A DNA stretch of 64,000 bases. Source: a virus. The notes under the pieces were generated by a model. The model made no database searches, was not told where the DNA came from, and worked only from the letters and a program-made list of their open reading frames with translations. The stretch spans positions 66,640 through 130,639 of IMG/VR virus record IMGVR_UViG_3300032050_000024; one strand, 5' to 3'. The position numbers and the translations under genes are program-made. Below are positions 50,185 through 59,278 of this stretch, one piece after another. Position 1 is the stretch's first letter; each line of letters starts with the position of its first letter.

Positions 50185-50886
50185 TTAAAACGGCAATTTT
50201 ATGAAATCTGATTGTTCGTATTGTTTAAATTTAGTTTCGTAAAGATGTTTCAATGTTTTAATAACCCGGGTGATATTAGTAGTTTCTAATCCCGTACGTT
50301 CGCGTATAAAGATATATAATGCTTTTTTATTAAAATCTTCGATATTTTCTCGAGTTTCAAAAATATGAAGTATTGAATCGGCAACATGTATATCTACTGA
50401 AGTATTAAATATTGAATTCAAATTTTCATAACAATATTCAATATATGCATCCATAAAATAACGCAATGTTTCTTGCATTTCATCATTATGAATTTCAGCC
50501 ATAATGTTGCGTTGTTCATCAACATTAATGGTTTCGGTATCTTGTTTTAATTTAGCATAACCTTTTTGATTTTCAGCAATAAGATAATTAAAAGAAGTAC
50601 GCGTATAATACGAATATGCTTTTCCTGCTTCAGGATTAAATTTATCTAATCGAGCTGTTAAAAATGTAACTAAATCAGTTTGCAAATCATGAAATGATGA
50701 ATCAATATAATCAGGCTTCATTTTATTAATTAGATTTTCTGCTAATTTCATGAAAGCTGGATAAATGAAACGACGATATATTTTTTCACGTGTTACACTG
50801 CTATCTGATTTATTATAACCTACAATTGCTAGTTCGGTTATTTTAGTGAAGTAATTATTACTTTTCTTCTTCGCTCTCTTCGCCAT
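50185..50886 (-). CDS. Phage sigma-factor-like protein (T4 gp55-like)
   Basis: NNYFT...KLAENLI...LDKFNPEAGKAYSYYTRT region-2-like motif; alternative start 50910. Confidence 0.65.
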   Translation of the reverse strand: MAKRAKKKSNNYFTKITELAIVGYNKSDSSVTREKIYRRFIYPAFMKLAENLINKMKPDYIDSSFHDLQTDLVTFLTARLDKFNPEAGKAYSYYTRTSFNYLIAENQKGYAKLKQDTETINVDEQRNIMAEIHNDEMQETLRYFMDAYIEYCYENLNSIFNTSVDIHVADSILHIFETRENIEDFNKKALYIFIRERTGLETTNITRVIKTLKHLYETKFKQYEQSDFIKLPF

Positions 50887-51157
50887 CAAATTCCTTTTTA
50901 AGATTATCAATTACTTCTTTCAATAAAGAAAACGTTGTTCCTGCTTCATCATCTTTTTCAAAAGCACCAATTCGGTCAAGTTCTTTCATTTTAGCATACG
51001 CTTCTAAAATTTTAGAATACATATACATATTAGATGCTTCTATAGATTCATGATAATCATCACTATCTGCTAATAATCCAGCTAAAACATAAGCTCGGAA
51101 TCCAAAGTATCCTGCAGCAAATACAAGTACAATGTTTGAAATTATTAATGGAATCAT
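50858..51157 (-). CDS. Small membrane-anchored protein
   Basis: 99 aa, hydrophobic N-terminus; AFEKDDEAG motif. Confidence 0.65.
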   Translation of the reverse strand: MIPLIISNIVLVFAAGYFGFRAYVLAGLLADSDDYHESIEASNMYMYSKILEAYAKMKELDRIGAFEKDDEAGTTFSLLKEVIDNLKKEFDGEESEEEK

Positions 51158-51924
51158 TGGAACGCCTTAAATATATCATTTAATGATTGTTCAACTTGTG
51201 GATTATTTTCTGCTAAGTTTTTCAATCCATTACTTTTTTGTGTTTTGCTTTTTTCTGCAACCGGAGCTGGAGATACATTTTTTCCATTTCTCCAACGCTC
51301 ATACTCAATTTGAGCTGCCATATGATCTGCATGATGCAAAACAATTGGAAGATTTGTTTTTAATTTAGCTTGTGCTGAACGGGCAACATAATACGGTTTA
51401 TTTGCATCATCATACATTCCATCATGAATCTTGATTGCTTGATATTCATTCCAAGACATTTTAACATCATACTCTTGTAGCAACCAAATTGATAAATCTG
51501 GAACCATTGTAAATGGAATGTTTTCATTGTGCTTGTACATCTTATTTTGATTCTTGCGATGCCAATCCGATGTTTCAACTTGGTAAACTTCATTGCCTTC
51601 ACCTGGAAATCCTACTTTACCTAAATCATGATGCATTGCTGCAAATAACAATTCTTCTTCAGTATATCCAGACATATCAGCACCCATTACAGTCCATGTA
51701 GTATGCAAAGTTAACGCACAATCCATTACACGAAGTACGTGATCTACATAACCTCCGGCAAATGCATTATGAAAATGTGCAATAGAAGACGCTGGCATAA
51801 ATACCATACGATCTTCGAATGCATCATACATTCGATTCAATGCATCTTTACGGGTAGGGAAGAACTGATCAACTAAATTGCGATATCTTTCCCAATTTGA
51901 TTTTATTTTTTCTGCTTCTAACAT
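51154..51924 (-). CDS. HD-domain phosphohydrolase
   Basis: PASS..HFH...GGYVDH, HHDLGK, IHDG, HHAD motifs. Confidence 0.85.
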   Translation of the reverse strand: MLEAEKIKSNWERYRNLVDQFFPTRKDALNRMYDAFEDRMVFMPASSIAHFHNAFAGGYVDHVLRVMDCALTLHTTWTVMGADMSGYTEEELLFAAMHHDLGKVGFPGEGNEVYQVETSDWHRKNQNKMYKHNENIPFTMVPDLSIWLLQEYDVKMSWNEYQAIKIHDGMYDDANKPYYVARSAQAKLKTNLPIVLHHADHMAAQIEYERWRNGKNVSPAPVAEKSKTQKSNGLKNLAENNPQVEQSLNDIFKAFQ

Positions 51925-51929
51925 AACTT

Positions 51930-51958
51930 ATTATAACGATTTATTTTCGTAATTCCAA
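51930..51958 (-). promoter_or_regulatory. Sigma70-type promoter TTGGAA-N17-TATAAT
   Basis: Matches the consensus; directly upstream of the HD/membrane/sigma genes. Confidence 0.65.
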
Positions 51959-52108
51959 AGTTTGTCCATTGACTAACTTGGATGTACATGTACTACACGT
52001 AACTGCTGTAACTTTTTCATCAACTCGTTGGCAAATGTTTTCGCAATATTTACATTGCATTTTTTTAAAACCTTTCGGAGCTGGAGAACTTTTTATGGAT
52101 TTTCTCAT
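51941..52108 (-). CDS. Small zinc-finger protein (55 aa)
   Basis: Below the ORF-track cutoff: MRKSIKSSPAPKGFKKMQCKYCENICQRVDEKVTAVTCSTCTSKLVNGQTLELRK; ATGA overlap with the upstream ORF. Confidence 0.7.
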   Translation of the reverse strand: MRKSIKSSPAPKGFKKMQCKYCENICQRVDEKVTAVTCSTCTSKLVNGQTLELRK

Positions 52109-52284
52109 TCTCTATCTACGTAATATTTTGCGGAATCTAATTTTTTAATTGCTGTTGCTAAATTGTTAAGAGCAGATGCTTTGTCAATTTTTCCTTCTTG
52201 CAACATTTTTCCTGTGTTTCTGATAATTTCTCGAGCATCTTCAATGTCATCGGTAACTTTTGCTTTGTAACGGTACTGTGCCAT
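52105..52284 (-). CDS. Small hypothetical protein (59 aa)
   Basis: Below the ORF-track cutoff: MAQYRYKAKVTDDIEDAREII...YYVDRE; AAGGAAAAG SD and promoter motifs at 52306-52334. Confidence 0.7.
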   Translation of the reverse strand: MAQYRYKAKVTDDIEDAREIIRNTGKMLQEGKIDKASALNNLATAIKKLDSAKYYVDRE

Positions 52285-52383
52285 AACTTTTCCTTTTTAT
52301 TATTTAATATAAATATTATTACGCGTAAATCAAAGATTTTTTTTACTTGATATTTATTACATATAAAAAGGATACAATAATAC

Positions 52384-53118
52384 ATGAAAAATATTTTAGC
52401 AGAAAACATGTTAAGATTTGGTACTAAAAATTTATCTGAACAGACAAAATTAATTTTAACAGAAGACATATCAGAATTTAATAATGTAACAAACGCAATA
52501 CAAACATCATTAGATAATTTTAATACTTCAGCAGAAACTGCATATGGAAAAGGAAATGTATGGGTATTAAAACAAACATCAAAACATTTTCCGCGGACAG
52601 ACTATCAAACATTTTATTGGATAATTTATATAACTAACCCAAAAACTGGTAGTACTGCAAGCCATAGTCATGTAGGACATTCGACCCCGAACACATTTGG
52701 TAAATTTTGGATCTTAAGACCAGGCCATGAAGATGCGAAAGAAAGACTGATTTATAAAAAAATATTTCAAATGAATAAATCAACTACTGGACATGCTGAC
52801 GCAACGCAGTTATTTGACGTATGTGAATATGATGCTAATAGTGGAAAAGCTCCAACATGGGCAGATACTAATGCAGCATTAAGTAATCTAGCTACCGGTT
52901 TCGATACATTAGCAAAAGACGCACTCGATTATACGACTGATAAACATGGCAATAAACTTAAACCATGGGATAAAACACCGATGCTTAACACTAGCAAAGC
53001 ATTGACTGAGTTTGGTCCAAATCTTGTTCAAAATATTAAAGAAGTATTTAATTCACTAAAACTAGCTCCAACTACTCTAGAAGGTAAAAAATCATGGAAA
53101 GGAATGAAAACAGTATAA
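52384..53118 (+). CDS. Leader-family protein A1 (putative virion-internal protein)
   Basis: MKNILAENMLRFGTKNLSEQTKLILTE leader; ATATTTAT at 52350-52357; AAGGA SD. Confidence 0.8.
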   Translation: MKNILAENMLRFGTKNLSEQTKLILTEDISEFNNVTNAIQTSLDNFNTSAETAYGKGNVWVLKQTSKHFPRTDYQTFYWIIYITNPKTGSTASHSHVGHSTPNTFGKFWILRPGHEDAKERLIYKKIFQMNKSTTGHADATQLFDVCEYDANSGKAPTWADTNAALSNLATGFDTLAKDALDYTTDKHGNKLKPWDKTPMLNTSKALTEFGPNLVQNIKEVFNSLKLAPTTLEGKKSWKGMKTV

Positions 53119-53135
53119 ATAAAAAAAAGAACAAC

Positions 53136-53795
53136 ATGAAAAATATTTTAGCAGAAAACATGATTCGATTCGGAACCAAAAATTTATCCGAACAGACAAA
53201 ATTAATTTTAACAGAAGACATATCAGAATTTAAGAATGTAACAAACGCAATACAGCCGTTGTTGGATACTTTTAATAAAGAGTGTCCATGGACACTTACA
53301 GTTACCCCAACTATCGATTCATGGAATGATACTCAAGGAAATGCTCAAACAATGTTCTATTGGGAGATTGATTTTAATAATACTGCAGTCGGAAAAACAC
53401 CGGTGAATTTTTGCAAATTATCAGTTATTAGGAATGGAATTGAAAAAGATATGGGAAATGCAGTTATAAATAAACGTTTTGAAATTAATTCAAAAGGAAT
53501 TGATGGGAAATATGATCAAACGGTATGTAGATATATGGCTAATTCTAATGAAGCACCAAAATGGAATGATACTATTACATCTAAAGCAATTGAAAATATG
53601 ACAATTAGTTTTCGAACTTCAGCCGGTGATTCAAAACGTGGAGTTGATCAAGATCAATTGAGAAAATCAGCCGATGCAGTAGCAAATAATGGAGCTACAT
53701 TAATTTTAGGTTTAAAAGAAGTATTTAATTCAGTTAAAATTTCCCCAACTATAGAACCGTTTAAATCAAAATGGAAAGGAATGAAAACAGTATAA
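53136..53795 (+). CDS. Leader-family protein A2 (paralog of A1)
   Basis: First ~40 aa nearly identical to A1 and shared KEVFNS...WKGMKTV end; start set at 53136. Confidence 0.8.
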   Translation: MKNILAENMIRFGTKNLSEQTKLILTEDISEFKNVTNAIQPLLDTFNKECPWTLTVTPTIDSWNDTQGNAQTMFYWEIDFNNTAVGKTPVNFCKLSVIRNGIEKDMGNAVINKRFEINSKGIDGKYDQTVCRYMANSNEAPKWNDTITSKAIENMTISFRTSAGDSKRGVDQDQLRKSADAVANNGATLILGLKEVFNSVKISPTIEPFKSKWKGMKTV

Positions 53796-53810
53796 AAAAT
53801 ATTTTATAGT

Positions 53811-53837
53811 AAAATAGGGAGCATAACGCTCCCTTTT
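53811..53837. terminator. Bidirectional intrinsic terminator
   Basis: AAAATAGGGAGC-ATAAC-GCTCCCTTTT between convergent genes. Confidence 0.85.
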
Positions 53838-53848
53838 ATTATGTTTTA

Positions 53849-54304
53849 TTATTCTAAAATTTCATATCTAACTAATGTAGTTGTATCATCTAACGGATTA
53901 TAAAAATATACCATTGGATGAAATGAATTATTCAAAGAAAATTTAAAAGTCTTTGTAATTATGGGCAGATAATGACCATTTACCCATTCATAATGATTAA
54001 AATCAAATGTTATAGAATTTCCAACATGTTTACGATTTAGCATATTTTCTTGTGAGCCAAAGAAATCATTTTCATCATATGTTATTATGTAACCTAAATA
54101 TTCATTGTCAGGATCATAATTTACAACAACAGTTTGTTTGTAATCTTTTTGAATGGTATTGAAACTGTTTGAAATTACATCATTGAATTTTTTTAAGCCT
54201 CGAGCTTGGTATGATGTATAGCTTATGATGTTGAATTGTTGGATGGTTTGTGCAAATCCGGTGATATTAATTGCTAATACAATTATTAAAAATAAACGTT
54301 TCAT
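53849..54304 (-). CDS. Sec-exported protein of unknown function
   Basis: Signal peptide MKRLFLIIVLAINITGFA-Q; start set at 54304. Confidence 0.75.
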   Translation of the reverse strand: MKRLFLIIVLAINITGFAQTIQQFNIISYTSYQARGLKKFNDVISNSFNTIQKDYKQTVVVNYDPDNEYLGYIITYDENDFFGSQENMLNRKHVGNSITFDFNHYEWVNGHYLPIITKTFKFSLNNSFHPMVYFYNPLDDTTTLVRYEILE

Positions 54305-54420
54305 TTTCTTATTATTTAATTGGTTAATTATATTAGTATTATATGAAAAATAACTCATATTTCAAAATCATAGTATTTTTTTTTACTTAATATTTATGAT
54401 TATAAAAAGGTAAATATATA
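54301..54420. promoter_or_regulatory. Divergent promoter block, copy 1
   Basis: TTTGAA-N17-TATAAT on minus (54338-54366), ATATTTAT on plus (54390-54397); strongly similar to 57103-57219. Confidence 0.75.
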
Positions 54421-56018
54421 TGAACAATATGTCAAATTTTGAAAAAATTTTAGCAGAAAATATGTTACGGTTTGGACCAAAAAATTTAACCGTAGAAAAT
54501 CAATTCAATTTGCATCGATTAGTAGAAGCAAAAAAGACAATTCCGGAATTAGTAACAGAAGCTAACGAAAAATGGAAATCAATAGCTAGTTCGTATCCTA
54601 TTTGGAATCCAATGATGGAATGGTTTACTAAACATCCAAATTTGAAAAATACTAGGCTTTCTTTAGAAATATTAACTGGTAATGTAAAATCTGTTGAAAA
54701 TATAGAATCTTTAAAAACTGCAAGAAAAGCTGAACTAGATAAATTAGGCGAATTTTTAAAAACTATTACCGTAGATGATCCTAAAAAAACATTGTTGCAA
54801 AACATTTATAATTTTGTTAATTCAATGTTAACAGCTGGTATAACAACGGCCGCAGAAAACACCTTCGAAGGTGTTCCAATGGATACAGATTCATATAATG
54901 CAATAGATTTAAAAAAGTTAACTACAGTATACAATGATATTAAAACGTATTTTAAAACTTCTGGAAAAGGATCTTTTGAATTAACAGAACAAGAACTATC
55001 TCGTTTATTAAATAATTTAACTGCAAAGGTTCAAGAATATATTGCAGATAAAGCATGGTTTAAAAATAAATCATTTGAAAAAGCTGTTAAACAAGCTGAT
55101 TATCTTCATATAAAGGAAGGTAAACAAACAATTACATCTTCAGAATTTAAAAAAGAAAAAGAAGGTACTCCGAATCAAGTATATATAGAAAGATTAATAC
55201 AATATCCTGCACCCGATGCTCCAAATCGAACAAATTTGGCTTCGAATTTTATGCGAGATGACATATCCGGGCCATCCCAGATTGCAGTAAAAACAATTAC
55301 AAATCAATTGCAATCAATTAAAGATGAAATTACAGCATTAAAAAAAGAACCAGGAAAATCAAGTGTCAAAATAGCATACATACAAATTGGAGCATATGCA
55401 CAAACCAGTACCGTTAGAACCAAATTTGGAGATAAATCAGGTCAATTCCGACGTAGTAATAACATAGCTTTAGCAAAAAAACGAGGTGATGATATTATTG
55501 AATTTGGTGAAACTAAAGTTAAAGAAATATTTAATACCGAATTAATATCAAAAACTAATCCTATTACAAACCCAAATGTAGGGCCAGAATGGGAATCTGT
55601 CGGCGGGACGTTTGCTGATGGTTCGCCGGTTACTATTGAAAATTATGGAATAATGTTCCAAGCTGCATATAAAAAAGACCCCACGTTAACCCCAAGAAAA
55701 TTTTACATTCAAAGATTTAATAAAAATAATGAAAGACAAGGTTCAATTGAAATGGAATATCAAAAAGTTTTTGGGCCGATGCGAATGTCGATGTTAATAA
55801 TTAAAATTGGTTTAGTTTACAACGAAATTTCACAAAGTCCAGGAGAAGAATTTGATTTCGTTTCAGCATACTCAAATAATTTTTCAGCTACTATAGGATG
55901 GTATAAATTTAAAATTAAAATTAATATGCCTAGATGGAAAATTTTTAAAAAGGCACCCCCACGTAAAGTTTTTACACCTAATTGGTCTGGTCCGAATGAA
56001 TGTCCGATTTTTTCATAA
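54420..56018 (+). CDS. Leader-family large protein with a probable OmpA-C-like domain
   Basis: EKILAENMLRFGPKNL...RLVE leader; IQIGAYA...NNIALAKKRGDDII resembles the OmpA-like N..LS..RA..V motif. Confidence 0.7.
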   Translation: MNNMSNFEKILAENMLRFGPKNLTVENQFNLHRLVEAKKTIPELVTEANEKWKSIASSYPIWNPMMEWFTKHPNLKNTRLSLEILTGNVKSVENIESLKTARKAELDKLGEFLKTITVDDPKKTLLQNIYNFVNSMLTAGITTAAENTFEGVPMDTDSYNAIDLKKLTTVYNDIKTYFKTSGKGSFELTEQELSRLLNNLTAKVQEYIADKAWFKNKSFEKAVKQADYLHIKEGKQTITSSEFKKEKEGTPNQVYIERLIQYPAPDAPNRTNLASNFMRDDISGPSQIAVKTITNQLQSIKDEITALKKEPGKSSVKIAYIQIGAYAQTSTVRTKFGDKSGQFRRSNNIALAKKRGDDIIEFGETKVKEIFNTELISKTNPITNPNVGPEWESVGGTFADGSPVTIENYGIMFQAAYKKDPTLTPRKFYIQRFNKNNERQGSIEMEYQKVFGPMRMSMLIIKIGLVYNEISQSPGEEFDFVSAYSNNFSATIGWYKFKIKINMPRWKIFKKAPPRKVFTPNWSGPNECPIFS

Positions 56019-56031
56019 AAAAATAATTAAT

Positions 56032-56059
56032 AAAAAAAAGGGGGTTAATGCCCCCTTTT
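56032..56059. terminator. Bidirectional intrinsic terminator
   Basis: AAAAAAAAGGGGGT-TAAT-GCCCCCTTTT between convergent genes. Confidence 0.85.
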
Positions 56060-56079
56060 CTTACAAAAAATAAGAATTA

Positions 56080-56598
56080 TTAATCTACAACCATTATAGC
56101 AATTAATTTATAATCATTACCATCAAAATGTGTTGTAATACCTAAACCAATTTTAGTTACATCGACTTTAGACATATTTTTTTTATGACCTGCAGAATTA
56201 ATCCAATTGGTTACTATTTCTTCTGGTATCGTTTTAAAAAGTTGGCCGTCTAATGCCCAAATCCATGAATTAACTGCATGAGTATAATAAATATTTTCAG
56301 CTTCAATTCCATTCTTTTGTATATCAGAGTGTTTAATTTCAAAATTCATACAATTATATGAAACATTTTTAGCATATATATTTAATATAGAATCAGTTTG
56401 TAATTGATTTAGATTATTTTTAATTCGAAATTTATTTATTTCTTTGATTGTTTCAAAAGACAAACTATCAAAATCGATATTATTATAAATTTTGATAGAT
56501 GAATTTATTAACATTTTCATTTGCATATCTTCATCAACTACTTGAGAAAATATTGAAAATGATGTTATTATCGATGTGATTAAAAATAAACGTTTCAT
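56080..56598 (-). CDS. Exported CAP (SCP/PR-1) domain protein
   Basis: Signal peptide MKRLFLITSIITSFSIFS-Q; INKFR...L, AENI, WINSAGHKKNM, KIGLG CAP motifs. Confidence 0.82.
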   Translation of the reverse strand: MKRLFLITSIITSFSIFSQVVDEDMQMKMLINSSIKIYNNIDFDSLSFETIKEINKFRIKNNLNQLQTDSILNIYAKNVSYNCMNFEIKHSDIQKNGIEAENIYYTHAVNSWIWALDGQLFKTIPEEIVTNWINSAGHKKNMSKVDVTKIGLGITTHFDGNDYKLIAIMVVD

Positions 56599-56605
56599 TT
56601 TTTTA

Positions 56606-57106
56606 TTATTTAATTGTAACATAATCACTCACTTTTCCTCTGCATAAATCAACTGGTTCATCATTGATAAAAATATCCCAACACCACCAATAAATAAACT
56701 TAGGTTGTTTCTTATGCATTGGATTTTTTCTCATATCTAAAACTAAATAACAATCAATCATTTGACCTTCATGATGAGCATACATGGCATCTCTTTTTTC
56801 GGTAACGGTAATAGTATAAATGCTATCTTTAAATGCAATCTTTTTGATAGGCAAAGTATCATAAGGCAAATTATTTTTAATTCTAAAAACCTTTTTTGCT
56901 TTTTTATCTATAACTAAACGAAGATCGATTGGATCATATATTTGCTGATATGGAAGTAAATTTGTATTCTTAATCATGTTGTGGACTGAATCTTTGCCAT
57001 ATACAGAAAACATACTTACTTGAGACAATGTAACTTCAATTACATTTTGTGCGTTGCCGATAACGCTGATTGCTAATAATGCAATACCTAATACTAACTT
57101 TTTCAT
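56606..57106 (-). CDS. Sec-exported protein of unknown function
   Basis: Signal peptide MKKLVLGIALLAISVIGNA-Q. Confidence 0.78.
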   Translation of the reverse strand: MKKLVLGIALLAISVIGNAQNVIEVTLSQVSMFSVYGKDSVHNMIKNTNLLPYQQIYDPIDLRLVIDKKAKKVFRIKNNLPYDTLPIKKIAFKDSIYTITVTEKRDAMYAHHEGQMIDCYLVLDMRKNPMHKKQPKFIYWWCWDIFINDEPVDLCRGKVSDYVTIK

Positions 57107-57219
57107 TCTCTTATTATTTAATTGGTTAATTATATTAGTATTATATGAAAATTACATCAATAATCCAAATCATTAGTATTTTTTTTTACTTAATATTTAT
57201 ACATATAAAAGGTAACGTA
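57103..57219. promoter_or_regulatory. Divergent promoter block, copy 2
   Basis: TTGGAT-N17-TATAAT on minus (57140-57168), ATATTTAT on plus (57193-57200). Confidence 0.75.
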
Positions 57220-57860
57220 TGATTAAATTAAAATCTTTATTGTTAGAACAAGATGAAAACTATTGGAATAATGTAAAAGAAACAATAAATAGTAAAGATG
57301 GATCATCATATAAACAAGTAACTAAAGAGTATCCGTCTGTACCATTGTTAGATCCAAAAACAGGTAAACAATTTGCATATGCTGGCGATGCTGTAGCTGG
57401 AAAACTAGAATGGGAACCGTTATATATCGGAGCTTGGTTGAATATAAGTTACGCTCCAAAAGGTAATAAAGGAAAAACATTTAATGAATCTAATTTTTTT
57501 ATGTATAATTTAGCATTTTTTCTTGCTACCAAGCCTGGAATTACTTATTCAACAATGAATTCAGCTCGAGGTGTTGAAATATTTTACATAAACTGTCGAC
57601 GATTGGGTACTGGAAAATTTGAAGCAAATATGAAATTAAAAACATATAAACCTAATGCATTATTATATTTAATTTCAAATAAAGATGATACTAATAAAGA
57701 TACATATATACAAGGAAATGATCTTATAACGCCAAATGGGTTCTTATCAAATCCTAGTGGTTATGCGGCTTCATTAGTTTCAACAATTAATACTGAAATT
57801 GCAAAGGCTGGGTTTCCGCAATTACCAAATGCATTCCAACAAGGTTTAGTAACGGTTTAA
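57219..57860 (+). CDS. Leader-family protein B1 (short MIKLKSLLLE leader)
   Basis: EQDENYW start of body, PLLDPKTG motif, C-terminal NTEIAKAGFPQLP...QQGLVTV shared with B2-B4. Confidence 0.8.
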   Translation: MIKLKSLLLEQDENYWNNVKETINSKDGSSYKQVTKEYPSVPLLDPKTGKQFAYAGDAVAGKLEWEPLYIGAWLNISYAPKGNKGKTFNESNFFMYNLAFFLATKPGITYSTMNSARGVEIFYINCRRLGTGKFEANMKLKTYKPNALLYLISNKDDTNKDTYIQGNDLITPNGFLSNPSGYAASLVSTINTEIAKAGFPQLPNAFQQGLVTV

Positions 57861-57875
57861 TAAAAAGATATAAAA

Positions 57876-58562
57876 ATGAAAAATATTTTAGCAGAAAATA
57901 TGATTCGATTTGGAACTAAAAATTTATCTGAATCAGCAAAATTGATATTGCAAGAACAAAATGATGAATATTGGGCAAATGTTCCACTTTGGGATCCAAA
58001 AAGTAAAACAAAACGTAAATATATAGATTATCCTGTTCAACAATTAAAAGATCCAGAAACGGGATTAACATTAGCATTAAATGATTCTACAGGGCAAAAA
58101 AGTAATATGTTATCTATTAGTGCTAGATTACATTTGAATTATAATGAATCTGTAGATTATGCAATTGATGCTAGTAAATTACTAACTTCTAAATTTAGTT
58201 ATTATGCAGAATTTTATTTGCAATCAGATGCAGCTACAACGCCGGCTTTAATATCATCTGTAAATGGCGGGTTACTAAAATCTGGTAAATTTTTCTCATA
58301 TCCAATGACATACGTAAAAGATTGGATAGCAACAACTAAATCTGAGCCAGTATATCCTGCTAAAGATTCAAATGATACAACATATCTAGGTAAACGATCG
58401 AACGATATATATAATAGACTTGGTAATTTTATAAAATATAGATTACTTCCAGATTATACTAAATATACAACATTAAATGATATTGTAACAAAAATGAATA
58501 CAGAATTAGCTGCTGCAGGTTATCAAGAATTTACAAAACTATCAAACGAATCACCTAAATAA
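57876..58562 (+). CDS. Leader-family protein B2
   Basis: MKNILAENMIRFGTKNLSESAKLILQE leader; LKDPETG; NTELAAAGY. Confidence 0.8.
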   Translation: MKNILAENMIRFGTKNLSESAKLILQEQNDEYWANVPLWDPKSKTKRKYIDYPVQQLKDPETGLTLALNDSTGQKSNMLSISARLHLNYNESVDYAIDASKLLTSKFSYYAEFYLQSDAATTPALISSVNGGLLKSGKFFSYPMTYVKDWIATTKSEPVYPAKDSNDTTYLGKRSNDIYNRLGNFIKYRLLPDYTKYTTLNDIVTKMNTELAAAGYQEFTKLSNESPK

Positions 58563-58573
58563 AAGATATAAAA

Positions 58574-59263
58574 ATGAAAAATATTTTAGCAGAAAACATG
58601 ATTCGATTCGGAACCAAAAATTTGTCTAAATCAGTAAAATTGATATTGCAAGAACAAGATAATAATGCATGGAAGCCATATGTAAAATATGGAAATGCCG
58701 ATGATGGTTCGACTGGTACTTTTGAATATAGAAAAGTATATACGGATACGTTAAAAGATGCATCAGGTAAAGAATATTTTTATATTGGTCAGCCAAATAA
58801 CAAAGTAACATTACGAGCCGAAGTAGTTGGACGTTATGTACAATCTGGCCCATATGCCGATAATAATCCTAATCTTAAACCAACAGACAAAAAATATGAT
58901 TTTTCATATAATATAAAATTAATATTACAGCCAGCAACCCAAAAATCAATTGATCCGGTAGCTGTATATAATATAATAGGAACTAATTTAGCTAATGGTA
59001 AATTTCAAATTAATACTACTTATAATCAAACAATAGCAGATTGGTTTTCAAAACTTGGTAATGCTGCATGGGAATCTAATTTAAAAAGTATGCATGTAGC
59101 TAGTACCGAACCTAGAACAAGCATACAAGGTTTCTTTAGTAGCACTTTTTCAAAAAGCCCAGGTACATACTTTGCTCCATGGCAAACAATTAGCACCGAA
59201 TTAGCTAAACTAGGATATCCGGAGGTTCCAAGTGTATTACAGCAAGGTGCAGTAACGGTTTAA
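58574..59263 (+). CDS. Leader-family protein B3
   Basis: Same leader; LKDASG; STELAKLGYPEVP...QQGAVTV. Confidence 0.8.
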   Translation: MKNILAENMIRFGTKNLSKSVKLILQEQDNNAWKPYVKYGNADDGSTGTFEYRKVYTDTLKDASGKEYFYIGQPNNKVTLRAEVVGRYVQSGPYADNNPNLKPTDKKYDFSYNIKLILQPATQKSIDPVAVYNIIGTNLANGKFQINTTYNQTIADWFSKLGNAAWESNLKSMHVASTEPRTSIQGFFSSTFSKSPGTYFAPWQTISTELAKLGYPEVPSVLQQGAVTV

Positions 59264-59278
59264 TAAAAAGATATAAAA

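Noticed and set aside
52158-52469. 103-aa minus-strand ORF from the track
   Set aside because: It overlaps gene A1 and the promoter region; the 52105-52284 frame with an SD is the better gene.
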